From the NCBI GenBank assembly GCA_001949185.1, contig BDGG01000007.1:1694730-1758729 (forward strand): 64,000 nt of DNA, in the 5' to 3' direction. Positions within the stretch are counted from its first letter, which is position 1; each line of letters starts with the position of its first letter. The notes below the pieces were generated by a model. The model had not been told where the DNA came from and searched no databases. It saw only the letters and a program-made list of their open reading frames with translations. Made by a program: the position numbers and the translations under genes. The DNA comes from Ramazzottius varieornatus (taxonomy: Eukaryota > Animalia > Tardigrada). Below are positions 1-14,952 of the stretch, piece by piece.

Positions 1-1733
1 CGTGAACTGGAGAAGCTGAATAATTTCAGTGGTGTTATGGAAGTGGAAGCCGCCTTCCACAGCGCCTCCGTCCATCGACTGGAGAAGAGCAAGGTAAGTG
101 CCGAGGGACGATATGTCGCTATAGCCAAGGCTGTTGAGATGTCATGTCTATTCAACAGGAGCTGTTGGAGACCAAGTATGCTAACAATGCCAGGTTTCTG
201 GAAGAGATGAAAGAGACGTGCGCGGGCAACGAGCACGGTAGTCGCTACTTGGCCAAGCTACGGCGGGCTAATCCACCTTGTGTCCCCTACGTTGGTCTGT
301 ACCTGACACACCTGTACTTTAACGAGAAGGGCAACAAGGAGTACCTCAACGAGAACCAACTGCCGCTCGTGGTGGAGCAGCGCCTCATCAACTTTGCTCA
401 ACGGCGGCGCATCGCGGAAATTGTCAAAGAGATTCAGCAGTATCAGAATCAGCCCTACTGCCTCAAGGCCGAACCACAAATCCAGGTAGTTTCCTGCTGC
501 ATTTTATACGAGGCAGGTTAAAGTTTATGCGGTTTCCTTTTTATTGCAGGATTATTTCCGGAATTTGGATCCATATGATGGAATGGACAAGAAATCGTTT
601 GAAGACTTTCTTTGGAACGAATCGCAGAAGATTGAGCCGAAAGGCTGTACCGTCGCTCCACACTTTGTAAGTCCTACTTTCAAAGCCTTGGCTGCTCTTT
701 TCCATCGGGCTTTGGCATTGATAACTTGTATGCCTTTTCCAGGAGAAGAAGTACAAATATTCATTAAAGTCGCCGTTGAACCGTCCACCGCACTTGATGG
801 CCAAGAGCGCACTGGGTGCTGCCACCTCCATGAGCAGCATCAACTCCTTCCTGACGTCGCCAGGCATTCTTCGGCGCCTCAGCCACGACAACGGCCTCCA
901 CTCTCCCACCGGCTCGGGGGGCTCGACGCCCATTTCGCCCATCGCCGAGTCCCTCAGTCCCTCCGACTCGGCGTCTCCGCGTTCGGCCCTACCCTACACC
1001 AAAGATAGCCCCCTCTTGCCACCTCACTCTCCTTCCGGTTCGTAATGCCTTCTTCCCCCTATCCTTCGCCGTAAACTTTTCCCGGTGTGCTTTCAAGCAG
1101 ATCGGCACAGTCAACTACGTAGCTCGCTTCACATCGCGAGGGCAGTTTGCCGGTGGTCGATGGAAAATGGTTGACAGGGCCGTGCAGGGCACGAACCTGT
1201 TCGGGGCTGTCGTCAAAATATCGTAGAGAAGGGCCCGAAGGTGGAAGAGCTAAATCAGCGTTGCGACTCTGGTTTTCAAGCCTTGATTTGTATACATTTC
1301 AGGCTCGACACTGAAGTCCTCGCACAGCTCGGCAACCTTGACTTCCTTACTGCCCAACCCGAACACGCCCGAGGAGAGTGCTCCACCACTTCCGCCTCGC
1401 GCCCCCAAGCTGTACGTCGAGGATGCTTCTTCTCCGCTAGGTGTCTCCACCAACTGGGCCAAGCCACGGAGCGCCAGTTCTTACAGCAGTGACGGACAAC
1501 CTTCCAGCTTTCCCTTTGACGACCTCCCTCCTCCGGCGCTTCCTCCCAAGCTGCGTCACAGCAACTCAGGTACGAGTAGTACTACGCTCAGTGTCAAGAG
1601 CCTCAGTTTCAGTGTGGAGCCCGAGCCGTCGAGTAACGGTGGGACCGTCAATGGAGGTTACATCGACGAGCCGCAATCTCTCTTCTCACTACCTCCGCCG
1701 CTTCCGCCCAGAAAAAATCGGCCGGCTTCTTGA
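1..1733 (+). CDS. Sos: Son of sevenless (Ras/Rac GEF), 3' portion; 5' end outside window
   Basis: Exons ~1-93, 159-485, 550-666, 743-1037, 1303-1733 with GT-AG boundaries. CDC25/RasGEF motifs LNNFSGVMEV, PPCVPYVGLYLTHL, LINFAQRRRIAEIVKEIQQYQNQPYCL, then KKYKYSLKSP and a proline-rich tail with Grb2-SH3 ligands PPLPPR, PPALPPK, PPPLPPR. Stop at 1731-1733. Confidence 0.9.
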
Positions 1734-2341
1734 TTAACATTTTAGCAGAATGTGTATTGGTGATGGTGCAATGCAAAAGTGACCTGCTTTGAAGATTTTA
1801 CTTTTAGACTCTTTTTTAATTCTTTTGCTTCTTTGATAACGACTGAGCGGTGCACATTGGGCTAGTTTCAAGTTTTGTCGTGTCTTTTCGAGATCTCAAA
1901 ATTGGAGAATTAAGCTGGTCAAAAATGTCAGATATTTCCATTTGGTAATTACCTTTAGCAAAAAATGTTTTGACTTTTGAGTTTTATTCATAACACGTAA
2001 AATGAGGGCTGTTATCAGGTTGGTTCTAAATATGCTGGGTGGGTGGTTTATGTTTGATAAGAGTTTGGAAGGACAAAGAAGAAGGTACGGGGAAAGTTGC
2101 AAGGTCAGCGGAAAGCAAAGACAGAATACTAACATGCTACTGGTGTACATTAGAACCAAACATCTGATTGCAACTTGATACTGATCACCAGGCGAGCCTA
2201 AAATTAGCCTTTCCTTGTCGGAAAGGAGAGGGTAAGGCATCTCGAACGATGCCCGGCTAGATGTCGCAGGCCAGTTGTTGACCAACATTCATTGGCTTTC
2301 CACTGCGTATCTATTCCGAAGCGTATTTTCTGCAGCCTTGA

Positions 2342-4312
<1,971 letters not shown>

Positions 4313-5201
4313 CCTTTCGGGTTCTTGCTCACCATGCTGGCATCATCATAATGTCATTAACTCAGTAAACCAAAGCCATGGCTCTGAGTGAACTCTACCT
4401 GTCAAACGAAGTCTGCATGTGTACCGGACTCTTCGTGAATACTGTCACAATATACAGTGGGAAAACCCAGCTGCTTGTGCGTGTTTTGCACTTGTAGGAA
4501 GACAAACCTAACATATAATAAGCAGCGGGCTTTCCCGTTCACTGGAACCGGAAGTCCGAAATCTTTCTTTAGTCTGCTGTACCGGGCGCTTTGCAGCACC
4601 GGGGGGTGGGGGGTTTGAAGACAGCACTTTCCTCACCTCAAAGCTTTTATGTGCAGAACATAAGGCTATGTAAGGTCCAAATGAAGTTCTTTCACAGCAT
4701 CAAAGTTCGTTTCGGTTATGCGTGTTACATGAGGTATTCGGGCAACTCAGCCTCTTTGTACCAGTTATGTCGGTGCCACCGAATGCTTGACTTGAATTGA
4801 TGAAGCCAGAACGATAAAAATCATTTCTCGAGCTCAGGCTAGCCGGTGATCCTTGCATCGGAACTGCTGGCCTCCGACATTAGGAAGTGAACAACGAGAT
4901 TCCGTCAAATCCGCGTTTTCGCGAGGTGACATATCACATGACGTGTGTTATGCATGTCATATTATATCACCTTCTGCCAGTCTGACACGATTTTGAGTTT
5001 TGACTAAGCTTACTTGACTTATGCTTATGTTCCCCTTTCGCCAGTCTTCTTCTGGAGCAGCAAAGGCTCTGGAAGATCCCTTACTCGTCTGCTCGTTTCT
5101 CAACGTGGTCACACTCCTTGATCACCGATTACTCGATTCTCGATGCTCGATTACGCGTTGGATCAACGTCGTCTCTGTCACGTGTTAGTCATCGTCGGAT
5201 G

Positions 5202-7342
5202 ATGGCACCAAAGCGCAAGACGACCATGTCTACGGAGGATCAAGTGGCTACTCTCAAGAAGCCTGCCGTCACGCTCAAGTCTCGGTCCAGCCTGACCGTC
5301 TCCAAGGACTCATCTACCAAGGCAATGTCTAGAAAGACACTTGTCCCACCGCCGAGTGAAGTAGGCGACTTACTCATCTACGGCAACAACGAAGCCGGCC
5401 AGCTGGCCTTCGAGGATCCTTCCGTCGTCAAGCGTTACCCCTTCGTCCACCCAGTGGACCGAATCGGCGGACATCCCATCCAGCAGATATCCAGTGGAGG
5501 GATGCACAGTGCTATACTGAACAACCAGGGTGTCGTCTGGACCTGGGGATGCAACGATGAAGGCGCTTTAGGCACAGGTTGGAATTGCACTGTGTGATCG
5601 TTGTGACGTTATTCCGTTACTGATATTTGGCCGTAATTCAACGTGCCATTTGATGACATTGGTGACGTCATGCGCCACTGCACCATCTGGCACGCCGTAC
5701 GGTCAAACCTAGATGGAGAATATGCGGACAGTATGGCGCACGCTTGGCCAGGCCTTGTTTCTATTCTGATTTCTTGTATTTTTTGGTATTTTTACAGGCA
5801 AGGAAGACGACGAGGACAGCTGGAAAGCCAAGCAAGTCAAGCTGGAGGACGTGATTGACGTGACGACGGGCGATTCGCACACGGCCTTCCTGACCAAGAC
5901 GAACCAAGTCTACTTGACGGGGACCATGCGGGACGCCAGTGGAGCCTTCGGTCTGGAGCGAGATAGTGGCCAAGTCACCTCCTTCCTACCCTTTCTTTTC
6001 TTGAGCAACCGAAGCAAGGACCCCAATGTCGTCAAAGATCGCGCCGTCAAAATATCCTCCGGTAGGGCTTTCACTGTGTACTTTCGCCGACATCCAGCGC
6101 ACATATGTGTACCGATGGTTTCGTATGTTATTTGCCCTTGGTGTGTTGTAGGCTACAACCATTTCGCGTACCTGAATGTGGACGACGAAGTTCACCTGCT
6201 GGGTGACTCGGGTAACGGGCAGCTGGGTCCCATTCCCGTCTACCGGGAAAGCGGCGGACGCTTCGGCCGGACGTACTTTCTGCAAAGGCGGAAGGTGCAC
6301 ATCAAAGTGTCCAAGACGTCGCACAAGCTGCACCACTTCTCCGACGTCTGGTGCGTCCCCCACGGCACCTTCGTCAAGACCAAAGAAGAGGAGCATGAAA
6401 GGTGGTTCGCCTGCGGCAATAACCTCAAGAACCAACTCGGCTTCCCTCCCGCCGAAGGGCAAGGTACTGTACGACGGAGCTGCTTTTAGCACAGTCACAG
6501 CATTAAAATGGAAGTCGATTTGTCTACATTGCTTGCAGAGGCGGGTGTGCAGTGGGACTGGGAGGAAGTAGTGACGCTGCGGGACAAAGGCGTCATCAAG
6601 ATTGTGGGCACGCAGACGCAGACCATGGCGCTGACCAGCGACGGCCTCCTCTACGTCTTTGGCCACAAGGAATACCTGGGTCTCTCCCCTGAAGCCCAAG
6701 AAGGCTGTACAGAAACACCACTTCTTCATCCCATTTGCCAAGAAGGCGGAGGTGAGCAAACGACAACTCGAACTGACTAAGACCTATTCTTGCATGTAAA
6801 GTGCCGTATGGTACTAGAAGCATCTGAAGGATATTGGTCACGCTCGTACAAAGTCAGCGCCTCTTGGCAGTCAAAGTATGATCCTTTCTCCCAGCGGTTG
6901 GGAGCTTGGCAGCCGGCACACTAACTGAACAAGAGCCTTTTCCCATGTGGCGCACTCTGCCAGTGTTATCGACCGGAGGCGTGCGCCACTTGCAGCAGCG
7001 ATTGTGACTAGCTTGTTTGCGCAGGTCGCGGCTGGGCTTCTCTTTAGACTTACCATCGGTGACGTGATAGTTGTGTCTTGCATTGCAGTGAGGTTCGCCG
7101 ACGTTAGTTGTTCCAGCAACAACGCCACTGTGGCCGCTAGCAAGGATGGGCAGCTGTACGTCTGGGGCTCGCCTTCCTCCTCCGTTGTGTGTACCGAAGA
7201 AGAGGAGATGGAGGCCGTCATGCAACCCACCAAAGTTCAGTCCAAGAATACCGGCCTGTACGACATCTTCAAGGTCTCGGCAGGCGCCTCACACGCTCTC
7301 CTCTTGGGCAAGAAGAAGCCGCAAGTCAATGGGACTTCTTGA
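5202..7342 (+). CDS. RCC1: Regulator of chromosome condensation 1 (RanGEF)-like beta-propeller protein
   Basis: N-terminal M-APKRK (Xaa-Pro-Lys N-methylation/NLS motif as in RCC1) and RCC1 repeats YGNNEAGQL, QISSGGMHSAILNNQGVVWTWGCNDEGALG, DVTTGDSHTAFL, KVSAGASHALLL. About five exons. An alternative in-frame ATG lies at 5199. Confidence 0.8.
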
Positions 7343-9456
7343 AGATGACAAACTGTAGAATACTTTCCGATTGCTCTTTTCCTCCGACGAAGTGGCAGTG
7401 TAGCCTACCGTCAGCTGGAGGAATTTGAAGTTTGGATTATTGTTTCAGCTGGATTATCATTTTTATCTGCTGTTTTGTCGACCTTGGAGAGCCGATGGAA
7501 TGCTCTGAAGATATTTCACCATCGTATTCCAACGGGGTAAAGAAGTAAAATTTCATCTGGAAGATAACGCTATGTGTAGGGTGTCCGGCGTCCCTAGAGA
7601 GACGTGGGAGGGATGCGATAGAATGCTCGGGAATAAACAACAAGAAGGACCGCTCCCACGGAGAATCTTGTTTATCGTCTCCGACGATAAACATGATTCT
7701 ACACGGCAAAAACCGTGGCTAAACAGTAGCAGTTTCAAGAGCTGATCAAAAACGTCCACACGGACCTTTGAAGGATCGCAAGTCGGTTGGACAGTCCGGT
7801 TCCGGACTGCCGAAATGTCGTTGGTGAGCTCCTCCCATCAAAATCGTGCGCATTATCACCAGCGCATGCGAGCTGTGCGTGAGTGCGCACTAGCTACCCA
7901 TGAGAAACGGGATCTATTCCTGTGTCAGGTCCTGGAGCATTCCCGCTCCGTTCTGTTTGAACCGTCTAACTGGAATGTCTCAAGAATGGTAAAAGCGGGA
8001 GCATCGGTTAAGCATTCCCATCACCACTCCAGTCCAGATTTGTGCGCCGATCATTTGTTGAGGATTGGCGGTTTAACTATTACAGCGACTGGTTCGGGTG
8101 TATTCTTCCTGGTGGTTGTATTGTTTAGCATTCAAGCATTGAGCATTTGCGCGGCATTGCTTTGTGGGGTCAACCCTTGATTATATTGGTTTATTATAAT
8201 GGTAAATGTTTTGATTTGGTGGATACAAGGCTGTAAAGACAGGATAACGAAGAATAACTTGGCAAGGAATCGGAAAAAATTCACAAGGAGCTTCAGCAGA
8301 CAATAGCAATGAGGTCAAAGCTGTAGCCGGCAAGCGGACATGATAAATTAGACAGTAACAAAATAACGAGGCAAAAACTGACCAAATTGTAACAAAGAGG
8401 CCTAAACAGTAGGTAACAATTCTCCAAACTAACTACAGCCATTTTAGCAGAGCAAAGTTTGAAGAAAAAATTATAAACCTGAGGTAAAATGTAAAGAGGA
8501 AACCGACTGAAAAACCACCCGGAAACTTTCCACTTCTGGTTCTAAACTTTACACAAGTTATTCAGGCAAACCGTCGGTGTCCGTACTATAAGAAGAAATC
8601 TTGTGGATCCAATCCTTGCTCTTCCAGGTATCCTTGGACGAGAACTTTCGCACAAACTCGAGTGCCATGGCCTAACATCTCTTCCCCTTCCTGAATGCTG
8701 AAACAAAGAAGGATCTAGAGGGCGCCACTCACTTTACCGTCCGTTAAATCGTCTGTCAAATAGTAAACACTGGAATCCTCTCCGACCCCAGATAGGAATA
8801 CTCCGCGATGACATCATGCGGTGGGAGGAGTTGTGGATTCTGTGCTGCAATCTCATTAGGAATGCTGAGATGAGCTAAATGTTCATTCAAATAACCCTCA
8901 GCATTCCTTTGAGGTTCGCAGCATTTATTTTTGGGGTTCCTCGGACCTCCAGTCCCGTTACCCATGGGTAGTCTTGTTCGTCGTCGTTCTGTCTCTGGTG
9001 GCAGGCCGTTCCGGATGTGAACAGGGTCGAGATCTGTCTCGTTTTCCGTTGGGTTGCTGCTGTAAAGTCCGGAGCAGCAGCGGTAATGGTGAGGTGTTCC
9101 ACATAGTCGGTCGCAACTGTGGGAGCATCGATGTCGACAGGGCGAGCGCACCGGAAGTGAAGCCAGTTGCTGGCGCAGCCAGTGACAAAGGACGTGGTCA
9201 GACAGCAGTAGGCCGGAGAGAGCAGCCCAAAGGATCAGCAGAACGAGCGGAGTTTCTACGAAGGCTAACGAAACCTCAGTATACTGTTACAGTGTTACTT
9301 GTCTAGTTTTCTTTATTTCTCTTTACAGTCCACATCGCTGTTTCCCAAACTTTACACTCTCCAATGTTCGGAAATTGAATGGATCGACCATACAACCAGC
9401 GGCGACAGGTAAGGTATCAGAATTAACTATTGGAAAAGGTAGAATGAATTATTCTT

Positions 9457-12433
9457 TCAGGCGTTAGCATCCAGTCTTCTGACCTGGCGAGCTACAAACC
9501 CGCTGGGACAGAGTCTTTCCGGCTGGAGCTGCCCCGCACCTTTTTGGACAGGCTCGTTATCGGGGGGAATGTTAGGAAGTTTCAAGAAAGGGGGACGAGG
9601 AGGAGGAGAAAGAGGTGAGTGGTGCGGTTCGAGAATGTGGAAGTGGCGACGAGGACGATGGCGGTTTGTGCTTTGCCTTACGACGCTGGGCATCCAGCGG
9701 ATTCCGTTCCAGACTTCGTCCAACGAGGTTTGCAGCTGATGCAGCTGTTGCTGGTACTGCTTCAAGTTGGTGCTGGAGACTGCCGCCTCATTGTAAACCT
9801 AGAAGGATGTTCTTACCGAAGTTACCCTTTATTGATTTCCGAAATGAACTTTCCCGATGTACAAAGTTGATGATGACTTTCCAGTCCAGAACTGACCTGT
9901 CGCTGCCGACTCAGAAGATGGACGGCCAAAGATTCCTGTACCAAGGAAGCCTGGCAGTAGGCCAGCCAGAGTGGAATATGGTATGTTTGGAAAAAGACTG
10001 AAAGTGGAAGTCGAGCCTTTAATTTTTTTGAAACTCAGAGTATCGAATTTATGGGTGCTATCTTGTAGATCGGACTTACGATATTCCATCTGTTGGACGG
10101 CGACTTTCAGTAATCCCTTGTGTTGTACTTCAGAAATGGAGCAACTTCTGAGCTCGGCCTGGTCGCCATACAAGATGAGGATGGCTGTCTGATCGTCGAT
10201 GCGGACGACCTCCTCAAAGAGGTAAGGATTTTCGTGGTCATGAGGTCGCATCGACAAGATTCGGCGCAGGGAATGCCAGGCTGTATTTACTTGCTCGGCC
10301 ATCAGTGGTATCTTTCCTTTCGGGCCTGTAGAAAGCTGAAGAACGGAGCCCCACTCGTCTTTGGTAACATGCGGATTATCGCGGAGTTTGACGGTGGGTA
10401 GCATTCCCGGCCTTCCTTTGGTCGTCTGGACGGCCACGTTGTCCACAGTACAGTGCAACTCCAGAAAACTTAGATGTAAGCCGCTAGCCATCTTTTTTCT
10501 TGCAGATCTTGCGAAAGTGGCCACTTCTTGAATACCGGTGGACGATACCATTACCAACAAGGGATCCAGCCCTTCGTTCAAGGACAAGGCTTCGACTTCC
10601 TTGATGTGCACCCACCGAAGACCAGAAGGTAAGGCGTAGTCTTCGGCTTGCACATTCAACGTACGAATCAGTAGCATCATGGAGATGTTATTATCGTGGT
10701 CATAGAGGGGATGAATGTAGAGCAGACCGAGATCAGTCAAGCATAACCAGGACTGCAGGCTTATCAAAGCTTGTACTGTGGGATAACAGAGATCACAGGA
10801 AGTTTCTTTTGAGGAGGACAGGAGATTGCGAATGGTGACCAAAAAGTCGGGGCTCAGGCAGGATAGTTTGTGCAGTCGGGCATATTCTTTGGATGTGACG
10901 GTACCAAGAAACTGGCTTTGGACTAGTTGATTGGGAAGCGACAAGTTATCACAGAGCAGAAGAAAGTCATCTTTGATTACCAAACACTAAAATACCAGAC
11001 AGCAGTCACCTATCACTAACTCGTATTGGATGGATCAAGATGGAAACCTTGTCGTGACTCACCGACAGGAAGAGGCCGCCATCGAAAGTTGAATGTGTTC
11101 GGTTGAGTGGCTTGATGATAGCTTTGAGGCTGTCTTTGATACTAGGCCGCCGAGAGACAGATCGCAAAGATGGCTCGTGGTCAGTGGAGGGAGTTTGCCT
11201 TTGGACTTTGTGTTGAAGTTGCAGCGTCCCATCCACAATCTCCTGCAGTATCAGTAACGCTTCGTCGTAGCTACTTCCTTTGGTGGTATCACTCAGATCT
11301 CTCCAAGCTTGAAATATGTAAGACAGGCTAGTTTCATACACGAGTTCACCCGGAGTTGGAAAAAGGTGTCGACGGGCTTACAGGTAATGGTCGAGGGAGA
11401 AGGGTGTGCTAAAACTGGCGAACCGAAACCAGCCAGATTGGCCACAGACAGACGGAAGTAATAGGGCTGGTCCTTGGCAAGATCCGCGACAATCAAACGA
11501 GGAGGATCCATCAGGTCCCGGAATGTTTGAGAAGCTACATTATTGGTGAAGGTGCCGTCCAGGCACCATTCAACTACGACGTAAGCCGGAAGAAGGTAAG
11601 ATGTCAAGAAAGGGGGGTAAAAACGATCGCAGTAGACAGAATTGACCAGTAATGGCCCCGCTACCTTTGAAGCCCGAAACGATCCCCGGAGATTCAGTTC
11701 TTGTCAGACAAGTTACAGCGACAGCATCTTCGTCCCAAGCTTCGATGGTAACTTTGTCCAAATAGTTGCGAGGTGGCCCTGTCGATTGCCGAATAATATC
11801 GACGTGGTATCGTTCTCGAATATACGGTTTTTTGTCTTGCAACTTACGCGTTTTCTCGACGTTGTGGATCATCTGTTGCAAGATGTTGATGGACGGAATG
11901 GCCGCCAGTTCTGCGACCAAGAGTCGTGGATTAGGATTCGTTCTGAGCTGGGAAACCGCTTGGATGGCGTCCAGGCCTCGAAGTGCTCTGGTCAGTGCTT
12001 CCATTCGGGTATTCTTATTCAACAGACTAGGTGTTTCCTGTGCTCCGCGTTGAAACAGATCATGGGCTATTGCAGGGTAGTTTAACATGACGGCTTCATC
12101 AACCAGCCGCCAGCCGAACTGGTTGCAGCGGTTGAGGTCCAGTGGTGGGTCCTGCAGTTGGTTGAGGATGTCGCCGAAGAGCGCAGTCTCCTGACGTCGA
12201 AGGGCTGTCCAGAGAAGCTGCTCGGCCAGAGCACGCTTGCGGGCATCGTGCTTACGCTCAAAGAGGAAGCTGATCAAGCTCTGGAAGTTGCGCTGTACGG
12301 AGCGGCTGATGGACGGTGAGCGCCATCTGGCGGAGGACTTTTGGACGTCCGCGCTGGACAGAGAGCCATCGCGGCGTGGTTTGCGAGCCGACTGTCGACT
12401 ACTGTGTTGGCTCTTCGTCGCAGGTACGTTTTC
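9457..12433 (-). CDS. ANKFN1: Ankyrin repeat and fibronectin type III domain protein (ANKFN1 / wide awake / Nmf9-like); first coding exon not located
   Basis: Ankyrin-like DLNRCNQFGWRLVDEAVMLN, FN3 segment VVEWCLDGTF...YYFRLSVANLAGFG, family-like motifs PTVKLRDNPHVTKDEW and QLQTSLDEVWNGIRWM. Spliced from ORFs 11570-12499, 11293-11607, 11006-11341, 9829-10983 and 9457-9765. 12433 is an acceptor site, so the start is further upstream. Confidence 0.75.
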
Positions 12434-14952
12434 CTGATAGTTCAAGGGTAATTGGTAACAGCATTGCGACGTATAAAAGTAAAAATGCGGGAAAGGCAAA
12501 AGATGATGATGGGGTCAAAAACTCGGAGTAAACTAAATACAAAGCGTGTATCTTCAAACCTTGGATTCTCCTTGTGGGTCGCTTAGGTGCTTGGGATCGT
12601 TGGTACCTTGAAAACTCCGGGATGTAGCAATAGGGTGTGTGAGGTCGGTGGTTGCTGCGCGCGACTGACCAAGAATATTCAGTCGCGATTCCGACCTGTA
12701 ATTTAAAACCCATCAAATTTTTTTCTGTCACTCTAACTGCCCGACATATTTCCCTATACCGCCAAACGTCAATCACGAAACGTGACTTTAGAACGTATTC
12801 GTAGTTACTGCGGAGCTTGTGATAGGCTGACACGATCCCCAAAAATGCCAGCTTGTCCAAACGAAACGAAATTGGCATCAGGTGTACACCGAAATCTATA
12901 AACCCCCTCCCATGATGGGATCCGAGCTGGAAAAACGGGCCCCCCAGTGTCGACTTAGCCTTGTTAATACATTCGCTTTTTCTTTTTCATTAATCTAGGG
13001 ATCGTAATCATCGTCACGTGTTACTGTTACGCCCGCTGATTACGAGAATAAGTTTCCGGCAAAGAGGCTTGTCAGAGTTGGGCCTTGTTTCATGTCTCAT
13101 GGCACGTAGGTTGGAACGACGCAGTCTTTCGACGCCACATGATGGCAACATGAAAGTTTCGCTGTTGGAAACATCGAATAGTTAACGAAAAGAGTGAGGA
13201 CGGTTGATAAATGCTAACAGCACGTCAAGGATGTCATCCATCAGAAGAATATGAGTAGAATGGCCAGTAACTGCCTTCGTTGACGTCTGTAGCCGACCTA
13301 CCGCATATCGCTGCCGAGAGCCGACTGGTAATTAGGTTTGCGCTAGAGTACGCCTAGAAGCAACATCACTAGTCCGTCACAATGGGCCACCCTGCTTGCA
13401 GGGTTTTCCACCAACAAAACCACCAGTAGACTTTCCCCTTATATCCTATCACCGACGCGAACAGATACCCACTTTAGTTTCAGATTCTTTCTCAAATGTT
13501 CTTGGTCTGAATAACAGCTCTATTCAAAAAAGGAAAGTCGTGAGAAATTTATCGTTGCTGTCTCGTACTTTTCACCGGAATTTTCAAGTCTTCAAACAAG
13601 CAACTACTAGACTTAAGTTGCATGGGCTTACAATGGGGCAAGTGGTTGACTTACAGAAAGCGATCGACTGAACGAGCACGGTCCTTCAGTTTTTGAAAGG
13701 CACCGCTGCTGCCCAGGGACAACGTCGACGGCGACTTGGCGTGTTCCATATTCATCTATGTAATCCATAAGATACCGGCACTTCTACATCTAGTACCCAG
13801 ATGACGATTCCATGGTGGACAGAACCCTCATCTGAGGTTTTTTTGTAAAACACACTGACTGCCAATATTATTTACAAAATACAACATTCACCAGATGAAA
13901 TTATGTTCGAATGTTGATGAGGTTGGGGATGTGGGGCTGTGCGACGAACGGGTATTCCACAACAACATGAATGACGGACAAGATTGGTTGGCAGTTGGCA
14001 CATCAAGTTAACAAGTGAGCTCTTTAGTTACGGCCTGAAACACCAGGCGTAGAGTATGGCTTATATCCAAGCGTAGTCAGATCGCCGTGTACACTCCAGT
14101 GTGAAACCATCGTCGCCATCGTGGGCGTTGGCGGACTTTACACTTGATTCACTTTGTCATAAAAACCACACTGGAATTCCCATCAAAAATATTCTGGCTA
14201 CACGGTGGTTGTAGCTTGTGGGTAGAAGAGAAAGTAGAAGAACGGACGACAGACGGGCATTTGATGGTCGTATGATTGCAGAAGAAATATTATTCTTCTC
14301 ACGATTTCAGATTGGTTTTGACTGTCAGGGTAGATCAAATTATCGTATAAAGATCAACGAATGCTGCATGCATACCGCAATGTTATCTCTCACCTGCAAA
14401 TGATAGAGCATGCAGCAGCACATACAGTATTGTAGATGACGGATTTAGGTTGGCGGTGGGTTTGAGAGTAAGAAATCAAGTCGTCACTGGCCGCTCTGTA
14501 ATTAAATCGAATTAAACCCGACATGTTCAAACTAACACGGCCTCGGCTCTTTTCCGCGCTTGGAGCACTCATATTCTCACCGTAGCACGAAGCAATACAT
14601 TATACACCTCAGGCCTGAATGGAAACTTCATACCAGCTGCCGACCCGATCGAGAAGCCGGTAAAGGGGTAGCTCGGCACGATCGTCTTTCCAAGTGGCGC
14701 GCTTTTTTAGCCAAAAAGACCGGAAAAGTGCGTCACTTGGCAGGCATCTTTGTCGAGTCTGTTTGCTGAGCTTTCGACTACTGAAACATTCCAGCCTGAA
14801 CGATATGCAAAATTTCATTGAATAACCCGTTTATTGGTCGAATTACAGCGAATTTTCGCGTTTTGAAACAAATTGTAAGGAAAGGAATGCTGATCTCTGT
14901 TACTAATCATAAGGCTTTACAAACAGGATATAACAGTATTGTCTCGCATGTT

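Noticed and set aside
7430-9450. Short ORFs between RCC1 and ANKFN1 (e.g. 7815-8180, 8756-9151), possible decayed transposon or gene
   Set aside because: No recognisable motif or consistent exon chain in any frame; not supportable without a database search.
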